From: Candidatus Omnitrophota bacterium
GTDB taxonomy: Bacteria; Omnitrophota; Gorgyraeia; Gygaellales; JAQTUX01
Reading direction: 5' to 3'
DNA length: 64,000 bases
Assembly: GCA_028707125.1 (NCBI GenBank)
Contig: JAQTUX010000001.1
Coordinates: 394,375-458,374, forward strand
Positions 1 through 8,993 of the stretch are shown here, in pieces. A model generated the notes under the pieces. It was not told where the DNA came from, did not search any database, and saw only the letters and a program-made list of their open reading frames with translations. The position numbers and the translations under genes were made by a program. Each line of letters opens with the position of its first letter. Position 1 is the stretch's first letter.

Positions 1-826
1 CGATTCGATCGTTTTCGGCACGGGGTTGGAGTTTAAGGATACTATAACGCAGCAGCTTGAGGGCTTATTGAACAGAGGCCGGACTTCTCCTTACTGCGAA
101 GTGATAAACGGAGGCGTGGGGGACAGCAATCTGGAAGCCGAGTCGCTTCTGATCCAGGAGAAGATGGATATTCTGAAGCCGGATATTATTTTGCTGGGGG
201 TTTATTTAAACGATCTTTCTCCTCCCGCCGGTTATCTGAAGGGCATGGATATATACCGCAATCATCTGTTGTATAAGTGCCATCAGGTAAAATGGATCAG
301 AGAGAGCAATATCTGGAATTACGCGCTGAAGGGATTGGAGCGCAGGATAAACAGCGCCATGCTTTTTGCTTATATCTCCGGTAATATACGGCACCTTTGG
401 GTGATAGATTACAACGGGCGCGAATGGTTAGAAGACCCCGCGGAATTTAAGAATTTGGTATATAAGGCGCGCTATGATTGGGGCATGGCCTGGGACGAAG
501 GCCTGTGGGGCAGAGGGTTCGGCCTCATTAAGCAAATACAGGGCATCTGCAGCTCCAGGAACATCAAATTCGCGGTGGTCATACTGCCTGTTGAACCCCA
601 GGTATTATTTAAAGGCGATCTTCCCGTAATAAGGAAACCGCAGGATATGCTCGCTGCTTTTCTGGGGGATATGCGCATACCTTGTCTGGATATGTTGAGC
701 GTACTGCGCGTTCATAAAGACGAGCGTATCTTTTATGACCATTGCCATTTTACTCCGTTTGGCGCATCGTTGGTCGCCGGGGAGATCAGCGCTTTTCTTG
801 AAGGGATAGACGGATATGCCGGCTGA
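1..826 (+). CDS. SGNH/GDSL-family hydrolase (5' partial; reading frame continues upstream of window, block I 'DSIVFGTG' is encoded at nt 2-25)
   Basis: ORF track 26..826 uses TTG, but the same frame is open to nt 2 and encodes D-S-I-V-F-G (GDS block I); block III 'GVYLNDL'; block V 'YDHCHFTPFG' (DxxH). Stop overlaps next start (ATGCCGGCTGA). Confidence 0.55.
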   Translation, partial: DSIVFGTGLEFKDTITQQLEGLLNRGRTSPYCEVINGGVGDSNLEAESLLIQEKMDILKPDIILLGVYLNDLSPPAGYLKGMDIYRNHLLYKCHQVKWIRESNIWNYALKGLERRINSAMLFAYISGNIRHLWVIDYNGREWLEDPAEFKNLVYKARYDWGMAWDEGLWGRGFGLIKQIQGICSSRNIKFAVVILPVEPQVLFKGDLPVIRKPQDMLAAFLGDMRIPCLDMLSVLRVHKDERIFYDHCHFTPFGASLVAGEISAFLEGIDGYAG

Positions 827-1850
827 ATTAAGGAAAGGTATCCATAATTCCGTGCTCGCGGTATTTGTTTTATTGATTTCCGCGCTGATACTATACCTTG
901 GCCTGGAGGTATTCTTTACCCTGAAGGGTGAATACGGCCTCGAGCAATTTATTGTCGGCGACTCTCGCTGGAATGCCGATGTAAAGAACGGCGTGCATAT
1001 GGCCTTTTCGCTTTCCTCAAATCCCGGCCTGGGCTGGGAATTAAAGCCGGCGGAACTGATAAATAAATATGACAGGTTTGAGGAGAAGGCGAGGGAGAAG
1101 GCTCCGGGCGTGTTCAGGATAATCGCCATCGGAGATTCTATCGCGCAACAGGGGTATTTTGAGAGGTTCCTGGAGGACAGGTTAAATGAGGACGCGCTGG
1201 GCATGCGTTTTGAGGTCTGGAACTGCGGGGTATCCGGATACAATATAACCAATTATTATTACTATTTCAGGGACATAATACCTAGATTCAAACCGGATTT
1301 CATCATACTGGCTTTATGTCTGAATGATTTTAGCGGGATCAATTTAACCATCCATGATGGGAAGCGGTTCGTGGAGTTCTTCAACCCTTTTATTGCCCTA
1401 GATTTTCCTTTCAGCAGCCGTCTTTTCCTGCATTCCAGGGTCTACCGGTTTATCGTATTCGGCCTGGAGCGCTATATACTTGAAAGGGCGAGTATGGAAG
1501 AGATCCTTGTCGGGAAATTCGACAAGATGCTTCAACTGGCCAATGAGAGGAACCTGAAGATCGTGGCCCTGATCTGGCCGCATATGAAGAATCAATATGA
1601 CAGCGCACAGCAGGATGAACACATCCGGATCAGGCATATTCTGGAAAGCGGGGGCGTTCCCTACGCTGACATGCACAAAAGCTTTACAGACAGGGACGCC
1701 CCCGGCTTGAAAGAATACCCCGGGGATTATGTCCACCCTTCAGAAAAGGCATTTATGATGATGTCTGAAGATATATACGATTTCGTATCCGGCTATTTGG
1801 AAGATAATTTTAATTTTTCATTCCACCAGAAAGGAAGGCGTGCGTCATGA
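816..1850 (+). CDS. Membrane-anchored SGNH/GDSL hydrolase or acyltransferase
   Basis: N-terminal TM helix; block I 'FRIIAIGDSIAQQGY', block II 'WNCGVSGYN', block III 'LALCLNDFSG', block V 'GDYVHPSEKA'. Confidence 0.65.
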   Translation: MPAELRKGIHNSVLAVFVLLISALILYLGLEVFFTLKGEYGLEQFIVGDSRWNADVKNGVHMAFSLSSNPGLGWELKPAELINKYDRFEEKAREKAPGVFRIIAIGDSIAQQGYFERFLEDRLNEDALGMRFEVWNCGVSGYNITNYYYYFRDIIPRFKPDFIILALCLNDFSGINLTIHDGKRFVEFFNPFIALDFPFSSRLFLHSRVYRFIVFGLERYILERASMEEILVGKFDKMLQLANERNLKIVALIWPHMKNQYDSAQQDEHIRIRHILESGGVPYADMHKSFTDRDAPGLKEYPGDYVHPSEKAFMMMSEDIYDFVSGYLEDNFNFSFHQKGRRAS

Positions 1851-2437
1851 GCATACAGGAAAGGGTCAAGAAGATCGGCAGGAACCTTGTGAAATTAAAT
1901 CAGACGGGGCAGCCGCAGGTGCCCGCCGGCAGGGTATTGATCGTTGATAACGGCTATGCCTCATACAGGCATCTTGAGCTGGCGATAGAGCGCACATTGC
2001 AATACGCGGACAGAGGCAGCGTATCCATAATAACGTTTGAACACAGGAAGGGTTTTATATCCGGCAGGTTCGGCCAGATAGATATCATTACCCCTGCTGT
2101 GCCCAGTGCAGGGCGTTACGAGATAGCGTCTCTTATGCTGCGGTACAGGCGTATGGGTTTCAGGCAGATAATCATACTTTCGCTGGACGTAACGCCCATA
2201 CTCGCGTCTTTGCTGTTTACAAAAAGCAGCCTGTTCCTTTATAACCGCTGGGAGCAATGGTGGGAACTGAAGCGGCTGGGCGTAAATGACGGTATCGCGT
2301 TTATGGCGAGGTCGGTTATCAACCTGTTTATATTCGCGTATCTTATTCTAGTGTTCTTGCTCATCCGCGCGAAGATGGCATTTAATATAATACGTTTCAA
2401 AGGCAAGGGCGGGATAGATGACGGCGTATTCGCGTAA
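1847..2437 (+). CDS. Hypothetical protein, soluble N-terminal half plus C-terminal hydrophobic segments
   Basis: ATGA overlap with upstream stop; no recognisable motif; C-terminal 'INLFIFAYLILVFLLI' TM-like. Confidence 0.35.
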   Translation: MSIQERVKKIGRNLVKLNQTGQPQVPAGRVLIVDNGYASYRHLELAIERTLQYADRGSVSIITFEHRKGFISGRFGQIDIITPAVPSAGRYEIASLMLRYRRMGFRQIIILSLDVTPILASLLFTKSSLFLYNRWEQWWELKRLGVNDGIAFMARSVINLFIFAYLILVFLLIRAKMAFNIIRFKGKGGIDDGVFA

Positions 2438-3479
2438 TAACGAGATCAACCTGAAAGAAGAATTAAGGAAGGATATAGTCCTTGAGTCAATGCCGCGCAG
2501 GGTCCAGGTCATTCTGACGACAAAATGCAATTTAAGATGCATTATGTGCGGCAGGTTCAGCTGCGACCCTTCTTTGACCATGCCGCTTGATCGGGTTAAA
2601 AAGATCTACAGCTTGTTCCCTTATTTGCAGATAGTGGACTGGCAGGGCGGAGAGGTGTTTATCCTGGATTATTTCAAGGGGCTTTTTCTTGACGTGTCGG
2701 GGAATTTCCCGCATATTATGCATAATATAACCACCAACGCCCTGCTGATAGACAATGAGTGGGCGGATGTGCTGGCGGGGTCAAACGTGTGCCTGCAGTG
2801 TTCCATAGACTCCGTGACCGAGCCCGTTTATGAGTCTATAAGGGTGGGCGGAAGCTTCAAGGCGTTATCGCGCAATCTTGACCTTATAAATGAAGCGAAG
2901 GCGGCGCGTGCCGGCAACGTAAATCTTGACCTGGTGGCGATAGTAATGAAGCGCAACCTCAAGGAGATGGTGCTGTTCCCTGATTTTTGCAGAAAATATA
3001 ATTTCAGGAGTTTGAGGTTTAGCGCCCTGTGGCCGGATAAGGCGCCCGAAGAGGATATCTTAAGCAGGCCAGAAAGAGACACCTTTCAGTATTTAAACGA
3101 CGCGCTTGTTCAGATCAAGGATAAATGCCGGCAGTATAACATTAATTTTCACTGCACATTTGATTCATTGGTGAGGGCGCATCTGGAGGGCGGTGATAAG
3201 GGCGGCGGTCAGTGCGGCGTTCCTGCGGAAGAAGGCGCGAAGGTGAGGGTCATAGAGTGCCGTATGCCCTGGACCAATCTGTTTATAAACGCCAATGGCG
3301 ATGTCTATCCGGAGTGCAAGTGCCAGCGCCCCGCGGGGAACATAGAGAGGGATTCTCTGGAGGAGATATGGAACAACAGCACTATGCAGATCTACCGCAG
3401 TTTAATAAGATGGGGCGGTGCGGACAAGATCTGCTCTGAGCAATGTAAATTCCGCGGTTCTTTATATGAAAAGTTGTAA
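2418..3479 (+). CDS. Radical SAM enzyme with C-terminal SPASM/twitch auxiliary-cluster domain
   Basis: 'TTKCNLRCIMCGRF' (CX3CX2C), 'WQGGEVF' (GGE SAM motif), C-terminal Cys-rich 'QCG...ECRMPW...ANGDVYPECKC...CSEQCK'. Confidence 0.75.
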   Translation: MTAYSRNNEINLKEELRKDIVLESMPRRVQVILTTKCNLRCIMCGRFSCDPSLTMPLDRVKKIYSLFPYLQIVDWQGGEVFILDYFKGLFLDVSGNFPHIMHNITTNALLIDNEWADVLAGSNVCLQCSIDSVTEPVYESIRVGGSFKALSRNLDLINEAKAARAGNVNLDLVAIVMKRNLKEMVLFPDFCRKYNFRSLRFSALWPDKAPEEDILSRPERDTFQYLNDALVQIKDKCRQYNINFHCTFDSLVRAHLEGGDKGGGQCGVPAEEGAKVRVIECRMPWTNLFINANGDVYPECKCQRPAGNIERDSLEEIWNNSTMQIYRSLIRWGGADKICSEQCKFRGSLYEKL

Positions 3480-3502
3480 TAACGAGATATAATGATTTTG
3501 TT

Positions 3503-4891
3503 ATGAAAATATTGCAGATAGTACACAGCTTGCCTCCTTATAATTCCGGCGGTACGGAGGTCTACACTTCAGGCCTCTCGCGGGAGCTGTCCAGGCGCCA
3601 CGACGTCTTTATCGTCCATCGCGTAAACGATCCTTCCAGAGAGGAATATGACGTAAGGTTCCGGCGGCAGGGGAGGGTCAATATATTTGAGATTAACAAC
3701 ACGTTCAGGGAATGCGGTTCTTTCCGGATGCTGTATCAAAACTCTCATATACTGGAAAGGTTTTCCGGAATACTTAAAGATATAAGGCCGGATATCGCCC
3801 ACATTCAGCATCTTTTATTCCTTTCCACGGATATTATAAAGCACCTTAAGTCCGAAGGGGTGCCGGTTGTCTTCACCCTGCACGATTACTGGATGTTCTG
3901 CCAGCAGGGGCAGTTGTTTAACAGGCGTAACGAGGTGTGCCCCGGGCCGTCCGCTGAGCGCTGCTATGAGTGCCTGAAGTACCTGCTTGGCATAAGGGGA
4001 AATGTTATGAGATCATACATTTTCCTCAAGAAATACCTATCCGCTCATTTGCTGGGGTTATCAAAAGAACTGTATTTCGCCTTTGCCCGGGCCGGCTTCT
4101 TGAAAAAAGCAACCGCCATGGATTACATAGAGCGGCGCGCCGGACACATAAGAGAGATGCTGGATATGGCCGATGCCCTTATTTCGCCCTCGCATTTTTT
4201 AAGACAAAGATTTACGGAGTTTGGGGCCAGGCCGGAGAAGATACGGGTTTTGCCCTACGGTTTAGATTACAGCCGTTTTAATAATATAAGTAAAGAGCGG
4301 GGTGGCAGGACAACGAGCGTCGCTTTCATAGGCACATTGCTGCCTGCTAAAGGCGCGGATGTGCTGATCAAGGCCTTCAACAGGCTGGGGGAGGCTGATG
4401 TTGAGCTCAATATTTACGGCCGGCTTTATCCCTATAAGGGATACGAATATTATACCGGTCTGCTCCGGGGCCTGGCGAGGAATAAGAGAGTGAGATTTAT
4501 GGGCGAATTTCATAATGATGACATAGGAAGCATACTCGGCAGGGCGGATGTCCTGGTCGTTCCTTCGGTCTGGCCGGAGAATTCCCCGCTTGTTATACAA
4601 GAAGCGCAGCTGGCAGGGGTACCTGTAATAGCGTCCAGGACAGGAGGCATCCCGGAACTGATAACTCATGGAGAGAACGGGCTGTTGTTTGAGCCGGCAT
4701 GCGACCAGGATTTATACAGGCAGCTGAATTTGTTTATTCATGACCGGCCGCTGGCAAGGCGCCTTAGGGCTGGCGCGGTAATGCCTATGTCTATCGAAGA
4801 GAATGCCTGCAGGGTCTCTGATGTTTATTATGAAGCAGGGGCGGCATGCCAGCCGGCTCTATCGTTGGGGGCTTCGTACAGTGGAATATAA
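3503..4891 (+). CDS. GT4 (GT-B fold) glycosyltransferase
   Basis: 'VVPSVWPENSPLVIQEAQLAGVPVIASRTGGIPELI...GENGLLFEP' typical group-1 glycosyltransferase C-terminal motif. Confidence 0.75.
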   Translation: MKILQIVHSLPPYNSGGTEVYTSGLSRELSRRHDVFIVHRVNDPSREEYDVRFRRQGRVNIFEINNTFRECGSFRMLYQNSHILERFSGILKDIRPDIAHIQHLLFLSTDIIKHLKSEGVPVVFTLHDYWMFCQQGQLFNRRNEVCPGPSAERCYECLKYLLGIRGNVMRSYIFLKKYLSAHLLGLSKELYFAFARAGFLKKATAMDYIERRAGHIREMLDMADALISPSHFLRQRFTEFGARPEKIRVLPYGLDYSRFNNISKERGGRTTSVAFIGTLLPAKGADVLIKAFNRLGEADVELNIYGRLYPYKGYEYYTGLLRGLARNKRVRFMGEFHNDDIGSILGRADVLVVPSVWPENSPLVIQEAQLAGVPVIASRTGGIPELITHGENGLLFEPACDQDLYRQLNLFIHDRPLARRLRAGAVMPMSIEENACRVSDVYYEAGAACQPALSLGASYSGI

Positions 4892-5990
4892 GAGGGATTG
4901 CCGTTATTTCAGGGGCAGTGTCCCCTGCCTGTTCAAAAGATTGTGCAGGGGATGCAGGAAATATCAGAAAATAACCAAGAAGATACTCGTTATAAAGTTG
5001 GCTTCGGCAGGCGATGTATTAAGGACTACGCCGTTGTTACGTGCCTTAAAAAAGATACACCCCGGCGCCTACATGGTCTGGCTTACATCAAAAGAGGCCG
5101 CAGCCGTCCTTGAAGGCAATCCCTTCATTGATGAGGTGCTTTCTTCAGGTTTCGCTTCTTCAGCGAGGCTGATCATGGAGCGTTATGATTGGGTGATATC
5201 GCTGGATAAGGCGGCGGAGGCGGCGGCAATAGCGTCTATGGTCAAGGCGCAGAGGAGGTCGGGATATGGCTTGGGTCCTGACGGGAGGATTTTTCCTTTT
5301 GACAAGGATGCCGAATACGGGTTTATCCTCGGGCTTTCCGATGACCTTAAATTCAGGCGAAATAAGAAGTCATATCAGGAAATAGTATTTGAGACCTGCG
5401 GCCTGCATTTTAGAGGGGAAAAATATGTCCTGCCTTTCAGCGAGAAACAACGCGAGTTTAAACATAGGTTTATGAAGGCAAAGAGGCTGCATAATGATCG
5501 GTTAAAGATAGGGCTTAACACAGGATGCGGTCCGGTTTTTCCCTATAAAAGATGGACGGAGGATGGCTTTGCGGGGCTGGCAGAGCGGTTGATCAGGGCG
5601 GGGGACGCGAAAGTCCTGCTTCTGGGCGGAGCGGAAGAAGAAGAACGCAATAGCAGGATATCGCGAAGATTGGGCCGCGCCGTAATTGACTCCGGGTGCG
5701 GGAATTCGTTAGCGGAATTCGCGGCAATTATTGACTGTTGCGATGTGGTAGTTTCTTCAGATACCCTGGCTATGCATATCGCCATTGGCCTGGGGAAAAA
5801 GACCGTCTGCTTGTTCGGCCCTACCTGTCCCCAGGAAGTAGAATTGTATTCAAACGGTTTAAAGATATCATCATCTTTGGGCTGCGCTCCATGCTATAAG
5901 GATCATTGCGCTCAAGACGGCAAATGTATGAAGGGGATATCCGTGAGCCAGGTGTATTCGGCGGTAAGAAAAATGATGGCTGAAAAATAA
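4803..5990 (+). CDS. GT9 heptosyltransferase-family glycosyltransferase (RfaF/WaaC-like); true start uncertain (possibly TTG near 4938)
   Basis: 'KKILVIKLASAGDVLRTTPLLRAL', 'VVSSDTLAMHIAIGLGKKTVCLFGPT'; 89-nt overlap with upstream gene if ATG 4803 is used; Cys-rich N-terminal extension. Confidence 0.65.
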   Translation: MPAGSLMFIMKQGRHASRLYRWGLRTVEYKRDCRYFRGSVPCLFKRLCRGCRKYQKITKKILVIKLASAGDVLRTTPLLRALKKIHPGAYMVWLTSKEAAAVLEGNPFIDEVLSSGFASSARLIMERYDWVISLDKAAEAAAIASMVKAQRRSGYGLGPDGRIFPFDKDAEYGFILGLSDDLKFRRNKKSYQEIVFETCGLHFRGEKYVLPFSEKQREFKHRFMKAKRLHNDRLKIGLNTGCGPVFPYKRWTEDGFAGLAERLIRAGDAKVLLLGGAEEEERNSRISRRLGRAVIDSGCGNSLAEFAAIIDCCDVVVSSDTLAMHIAIGLGKKTVCLFGPTCPQEVELYSNGLKISSSLGCAPCYKDHCAQDGKCMKGISVSQVYSAVRKMMAEK

Positions 5991-6061
5991 TCCCCGATAT
6001 TTGTCAGCGGGGAAGAAATATAGACGTTAAAATGGGGGTTGATTTCCAAAGGAGGTGCGCA

Positions 6062-6670
6062 ATGAAGAGATTGTTGGCGGCTGTGTTGTTTCTTACCTTA
6101 TTCGTAATAGCGGCCGTATTTTTTAAGCCGGCGATGCTGGTGGACATGTTCAAGGGCGGTAAGCAAAAGCAGGCGCCGCAGCAGGCCAAGATGGTAGTTG
6201 CTGATGCGCCAAAACTGCCGGAGCAGATCAGCGCCTATTACCGTAAGGCAAACTGGGATGAAGCGATCAGGCTGGCAAAGATGCATCTGCAAGTCAGCCC
6301 CAACGACAGTACCATCCGCATTATCATGGCCGAGAGCTATATCAATAAACGCGATTATTCTTCGGCCGAGCGCGAGATCAAGGAAGTATTAGAGCGTGAG
6401 CCGAGCAATGTATGGGCATTGAGGGTGCTTGCCTGGGCCTATCTATCAGAAAAAAAGAACTCAGAGGCGCAAGACGTTATTGATAAGGCGCTGCTGGTCA
6501 ATCCCAAAGACGACGGGGTTAATTTTACCGCCGCGCAAGTTTATTCGGCATTAGGCAGGCTTCGCGAAGCATTGAAATACATAGAGAGCGCCCTGGTATC
6601 GCAGCCCGATAATAATCAGTTTGTTGCGGTAAAGAAAAGAATAGAAAAGAAGATCAGCCAGGCAAAATAG
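6062..6670 (+). CDS. TPR-repeat protein with N-terminal signal/anchor
   Basis: ATG 6062 preceded by 'aaaggagg'; 'MKRLLAAVLFLTLFVIAAVFF' then TPR-like repeats (ORF track start 6032 is inside the RBS). Confidence 0.6.
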   Translation: MKRLLAAVLFLTLFVIAAVFFKPAMLVDMFKGGKQKQAPQQAKMVVADAPKLPEQISAYYRKANWDEAIRLAKMHLQVSPNDSTIRIIMAESYINKRDYSSAEREIKEVLEREPSNVWALRVLAWAYLSEKKNSEAQDVIDKALLVNPKDDGVNFTAAQVYSALGRLREALKYIESALVSQPDNNQFVAVKKRIEKKISQAK

Positions 6671-6677
6671 ATACCCG

Positions 6678-7601
6678 GTGGATAATCCAGACATATCGGT
6701 AATAATACTTACTAAAGACGGCGGCGGCACACTGGACAGGTGCCTGAGCGCGCTGTTCAGCCAGGATATAGATATGCCCTTTGAGGTGATCTGTATTGAT
6801 TCCGGTTCCCGCGATGACACCCTTGACATATGCAGGTCACACAGGGTTAGATTGTTCCGTATTGAAGAGCGCGAGTTTAACCATGGGCTGACACGCAATC
6901 TTGCCGCAGGCAAGGCAAAGGGAGATTATATAATATTCTTAAGCCAGGACGCGGTTCCTGTCGGCAATGATTGGATGAGGCGCTTGATCGACAACTTGAT
7001 CAATGATGATGAAGCGGCAGCTGCCTACAGCAGGCAGCTGCCCCATCAGGACGCGGATCTATTGACGAAGATGGAGGTCCACGGGCAATCTGCGGCGGGA
7101 TGCGGCAGGCAGATACGGCAGATGAAAGACCGGGATGTGTTTGAAAATATGCCCCCCCTGGAGAAGCTGCGGTTCTGCAGTTTTGATAACGTGTCTTCCT
7201 GCATAAGAAAAAGCGTATGGCGTGAGATCCCGTTTTCCGAGACCGATTTCGCAGAGGACCTTGCCTGGGCCAGGCAGGTATTGGGCGCAGGCAAAAAGAT
7301 AGTGTTTGAACCGCTATCCGTTGTGGAACATTCGCACAAGAGGGGAGTATTTTACGAATTCCGCAGGGCCTATATCCATCATTTCAAAACCCGTGAATTG
7401 TTCGGTTATGTCCCGGTGCCCGGGCCCGTAGAGGCGCTTCTTTCTTCATTAGCGTTGTCTTTCAAGCAGATAAAGCGGCTTATCAGCGCGGGGTACCCTG
7501 TTTCCAGTACTTTTTATGCCGTTGCCAGGACGCCGCTTATTTGTTTTTCCCGCGCCCTGGGGCAATACAAGGGAGCGCGAGACGCGATAAATCACGCGTA
7601 G
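6678..7601 (+). CDS. GT2 glycosyltransferase
   Basis: 'ISVIILTKDGGGTLDRCLSALFSQ', 'YIIFLSQDAVP' GT-A fold motifs. Confidence 0.7.
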   Translation: MDNPDISVIILTKDGGGTLDRCLSALFSQDIDMPFEVICIDSGSRDDTLDICRSHRVRLFRIEEREFNHGLTRNLAAGKAKGDYIIFLSQDAVPVGNDWMRRLIDNLINDDEAAAAYSRQLPHQDADLLTKMEVHGQSAAGCGRQIRQMKDRDVFENMPPLEKLRFCSFDNVSSCIRKSVWREIPFSETDFAEDLAWARQVLGAGKKIVFEPLSVVEHSHKRGVFYEFRRAYIHHFKTRELFGYVPVPGPVEALLSSLALSFKQIKRLISAGYPVSSTFYAVARTPLICFSRALGQYKGARDAINHA

Positions 7602-7622
7602 TTTTCGCTGGATTACGGAGAC

Positions 7623-8993
7623 ATGCATAATAGATCTGCGCGATCAATTTCTTTAGTATTTCCTATGTACAATGAGAAGGACTACCTTCCTGTCGCCGTA
7701 GAGAAGGCCAGGAAGGTATTAGGCGAACTGACTGATAATTACGAGGTAATAATAGTAGATGACGCCTCAACGGACGGCTCCGGTGAAATGGCGCGGGAAC
7801 TGGCAAGGAATGATGAAAAGATAAGGGTATTAAGGCACAAAAAGAACAGCCGGCTGGGATGCGCGCTTAAGACCGGTTTTAATAACGCCAGGGGCGGCAT
7901 AGTGGTTTATTCCGATATGGATCTGCCGTTTGACCTGGAGAACATTAAGCGGTTCATCCCGCTTTTAGACGAGGCGGATATAGTCGTGGGCCGGCGGATC
8001 GGAAGCAGGGATTCCCTGTTAAGGTCGTTGTATTCTAAGGCGTATAACGGCCTGATAAGGGCGGTGTTCGGCATAAAGGTAAGCGATGTCAACTTCGCCA
8101 TGAAAATATTTAAAAGAGATATCCTGGACCTGTTAGAGTTAAAGTCCGACGGCTCATTTATAGATGCGGAGCTCCTGATCAGGGCCGTGCGTTTGGGCTA
8201 CATAGTGAAGGAAGTAGAGGTCGCCTATCGCGCCAGGCAATACGGCGTATCGCACCTGTGTTCCCTGCCGGTAATATTCAAGATCATCGCGGAAATGGTT
8301 AAATTGCTTCCTGAGTTAAAGGGATTATCAAGAGAGAGGATGCTGTATATCAAGGCGAAGCGCCTGTATAAAGGCCGCGGGTTTAAGGTCTTAATGCACA
8401 ATGCCGTCAGATATCATACCTGTCCTTTTGGCAGGATAATAAGATTGCTTCCCGAAGAGGGTAAATTCCTGGATCTGGGGTGCGGCAACGGATTCTTTAC
8501 AAACATTATCGCCATCGGAGGCAAAAGACGCAATGTGGCCGGCATTGACATTGATAAACGTAAGATAGATCTCGCCCTGGCTTTAAGAGGCAATAGCCGT
8601 AGCGCGGAGTTCCTGCGGGGGGATCTGGCCTCGCCGGATTTCATGCTGCCTGATGAGGCCTATGACTGCATTACATTGGTAGACGCGTTGTATTTATTGC
8701 CCTATCCTCAGCAGGAGGGCCTGCTCAGGGATTGTTTTGATAGCCTGTCTCCGGGAGGTATTCTAATAATAAAAGAGATGGCTAAGAGGCCGATGTTCAA
8801 GTTTTTATTTAATCTTATTCAGGAGACCATAAGCGTAAAGATAGTAAAGAGCACAATGGGCGGTAGATTCTATTTCAGGAAAGAACAATCTTATTTAGGC
8901 CTGCTTAAAGAGATAGGTTTTAATACGCAAAGTATTCATTCAGGCAGCGGATATCTTCATCCCCATCTTATATTCTTATCCAGGAAGCCGTGA
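7623..8993 (+). CDS. Bifunctional: polyprenyl-phosphate sugar synthase-like GT2 (DPM1/ArnC/GtrB-like) fused to class I SAM-dependent methyltransferase
   Basis: 'SLVFPMYNEKDYL...YEVIIVDDASTDGS...VVYSDMDLPFD' (DxD); C-terminal 'FLDLGCGNGFFT' SAM motif I. Confidence 0.7.
   Translation: MHNRSARSISLVFPMYNEKDYLPVAVEKARKVLGELTDNYEVIIVDDASTDGSGEMARELARNDEKIRVLRHKKNSRLGCALKTGFNNARGGIVVYSDMDLPFDLENIKRFIPLLDEADIVVGRRIGSRDSLLRSLYSKAYNGLIRAVFGIKVSDVNFAMKIFKRDILDLLELKSDGSFIDAELLIRAVRLGYIVKEVEVAYRARQYGVSHLCSLPVIFKIIAEMVKLLPELKGLSRERMLYIKAKRLYKGRGFKVLMHNAVRYHTCPFGRIIRLLPEEGKFLDLGCGNGFFTNIIAIGGKRRNVAGIDIDKRKIDLALALRGNSRSAEFLRGDLASPDFMLPDEAYDCITLVDALYLLPYPQQEGLLRDCFDSLSPGGILIIKEMAKRPMFKFLFNLIQETISVKIVKSTMGGRFYFRKEQSYLGLLKEIGFNTQSIHSGSGYLHPHLIFLSRKP

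Noticed and set aside
605-1252. 215-aa minus-strand ORF
   Set aside because: Lies entirely antisense to two plus-strand SGNH genes with clear catalytic motifs. Low-complexity Ser/Pro-rich translation, typical shadow ORF.
5991-6031. CCCCG-N11-CGGGG hairpin after the GT9 gene as a terminator
   Set aside because: No U-tract follows and the next gene starts 30 nt later with a strong RBS. More likely part of a coupled operon than a terminator.
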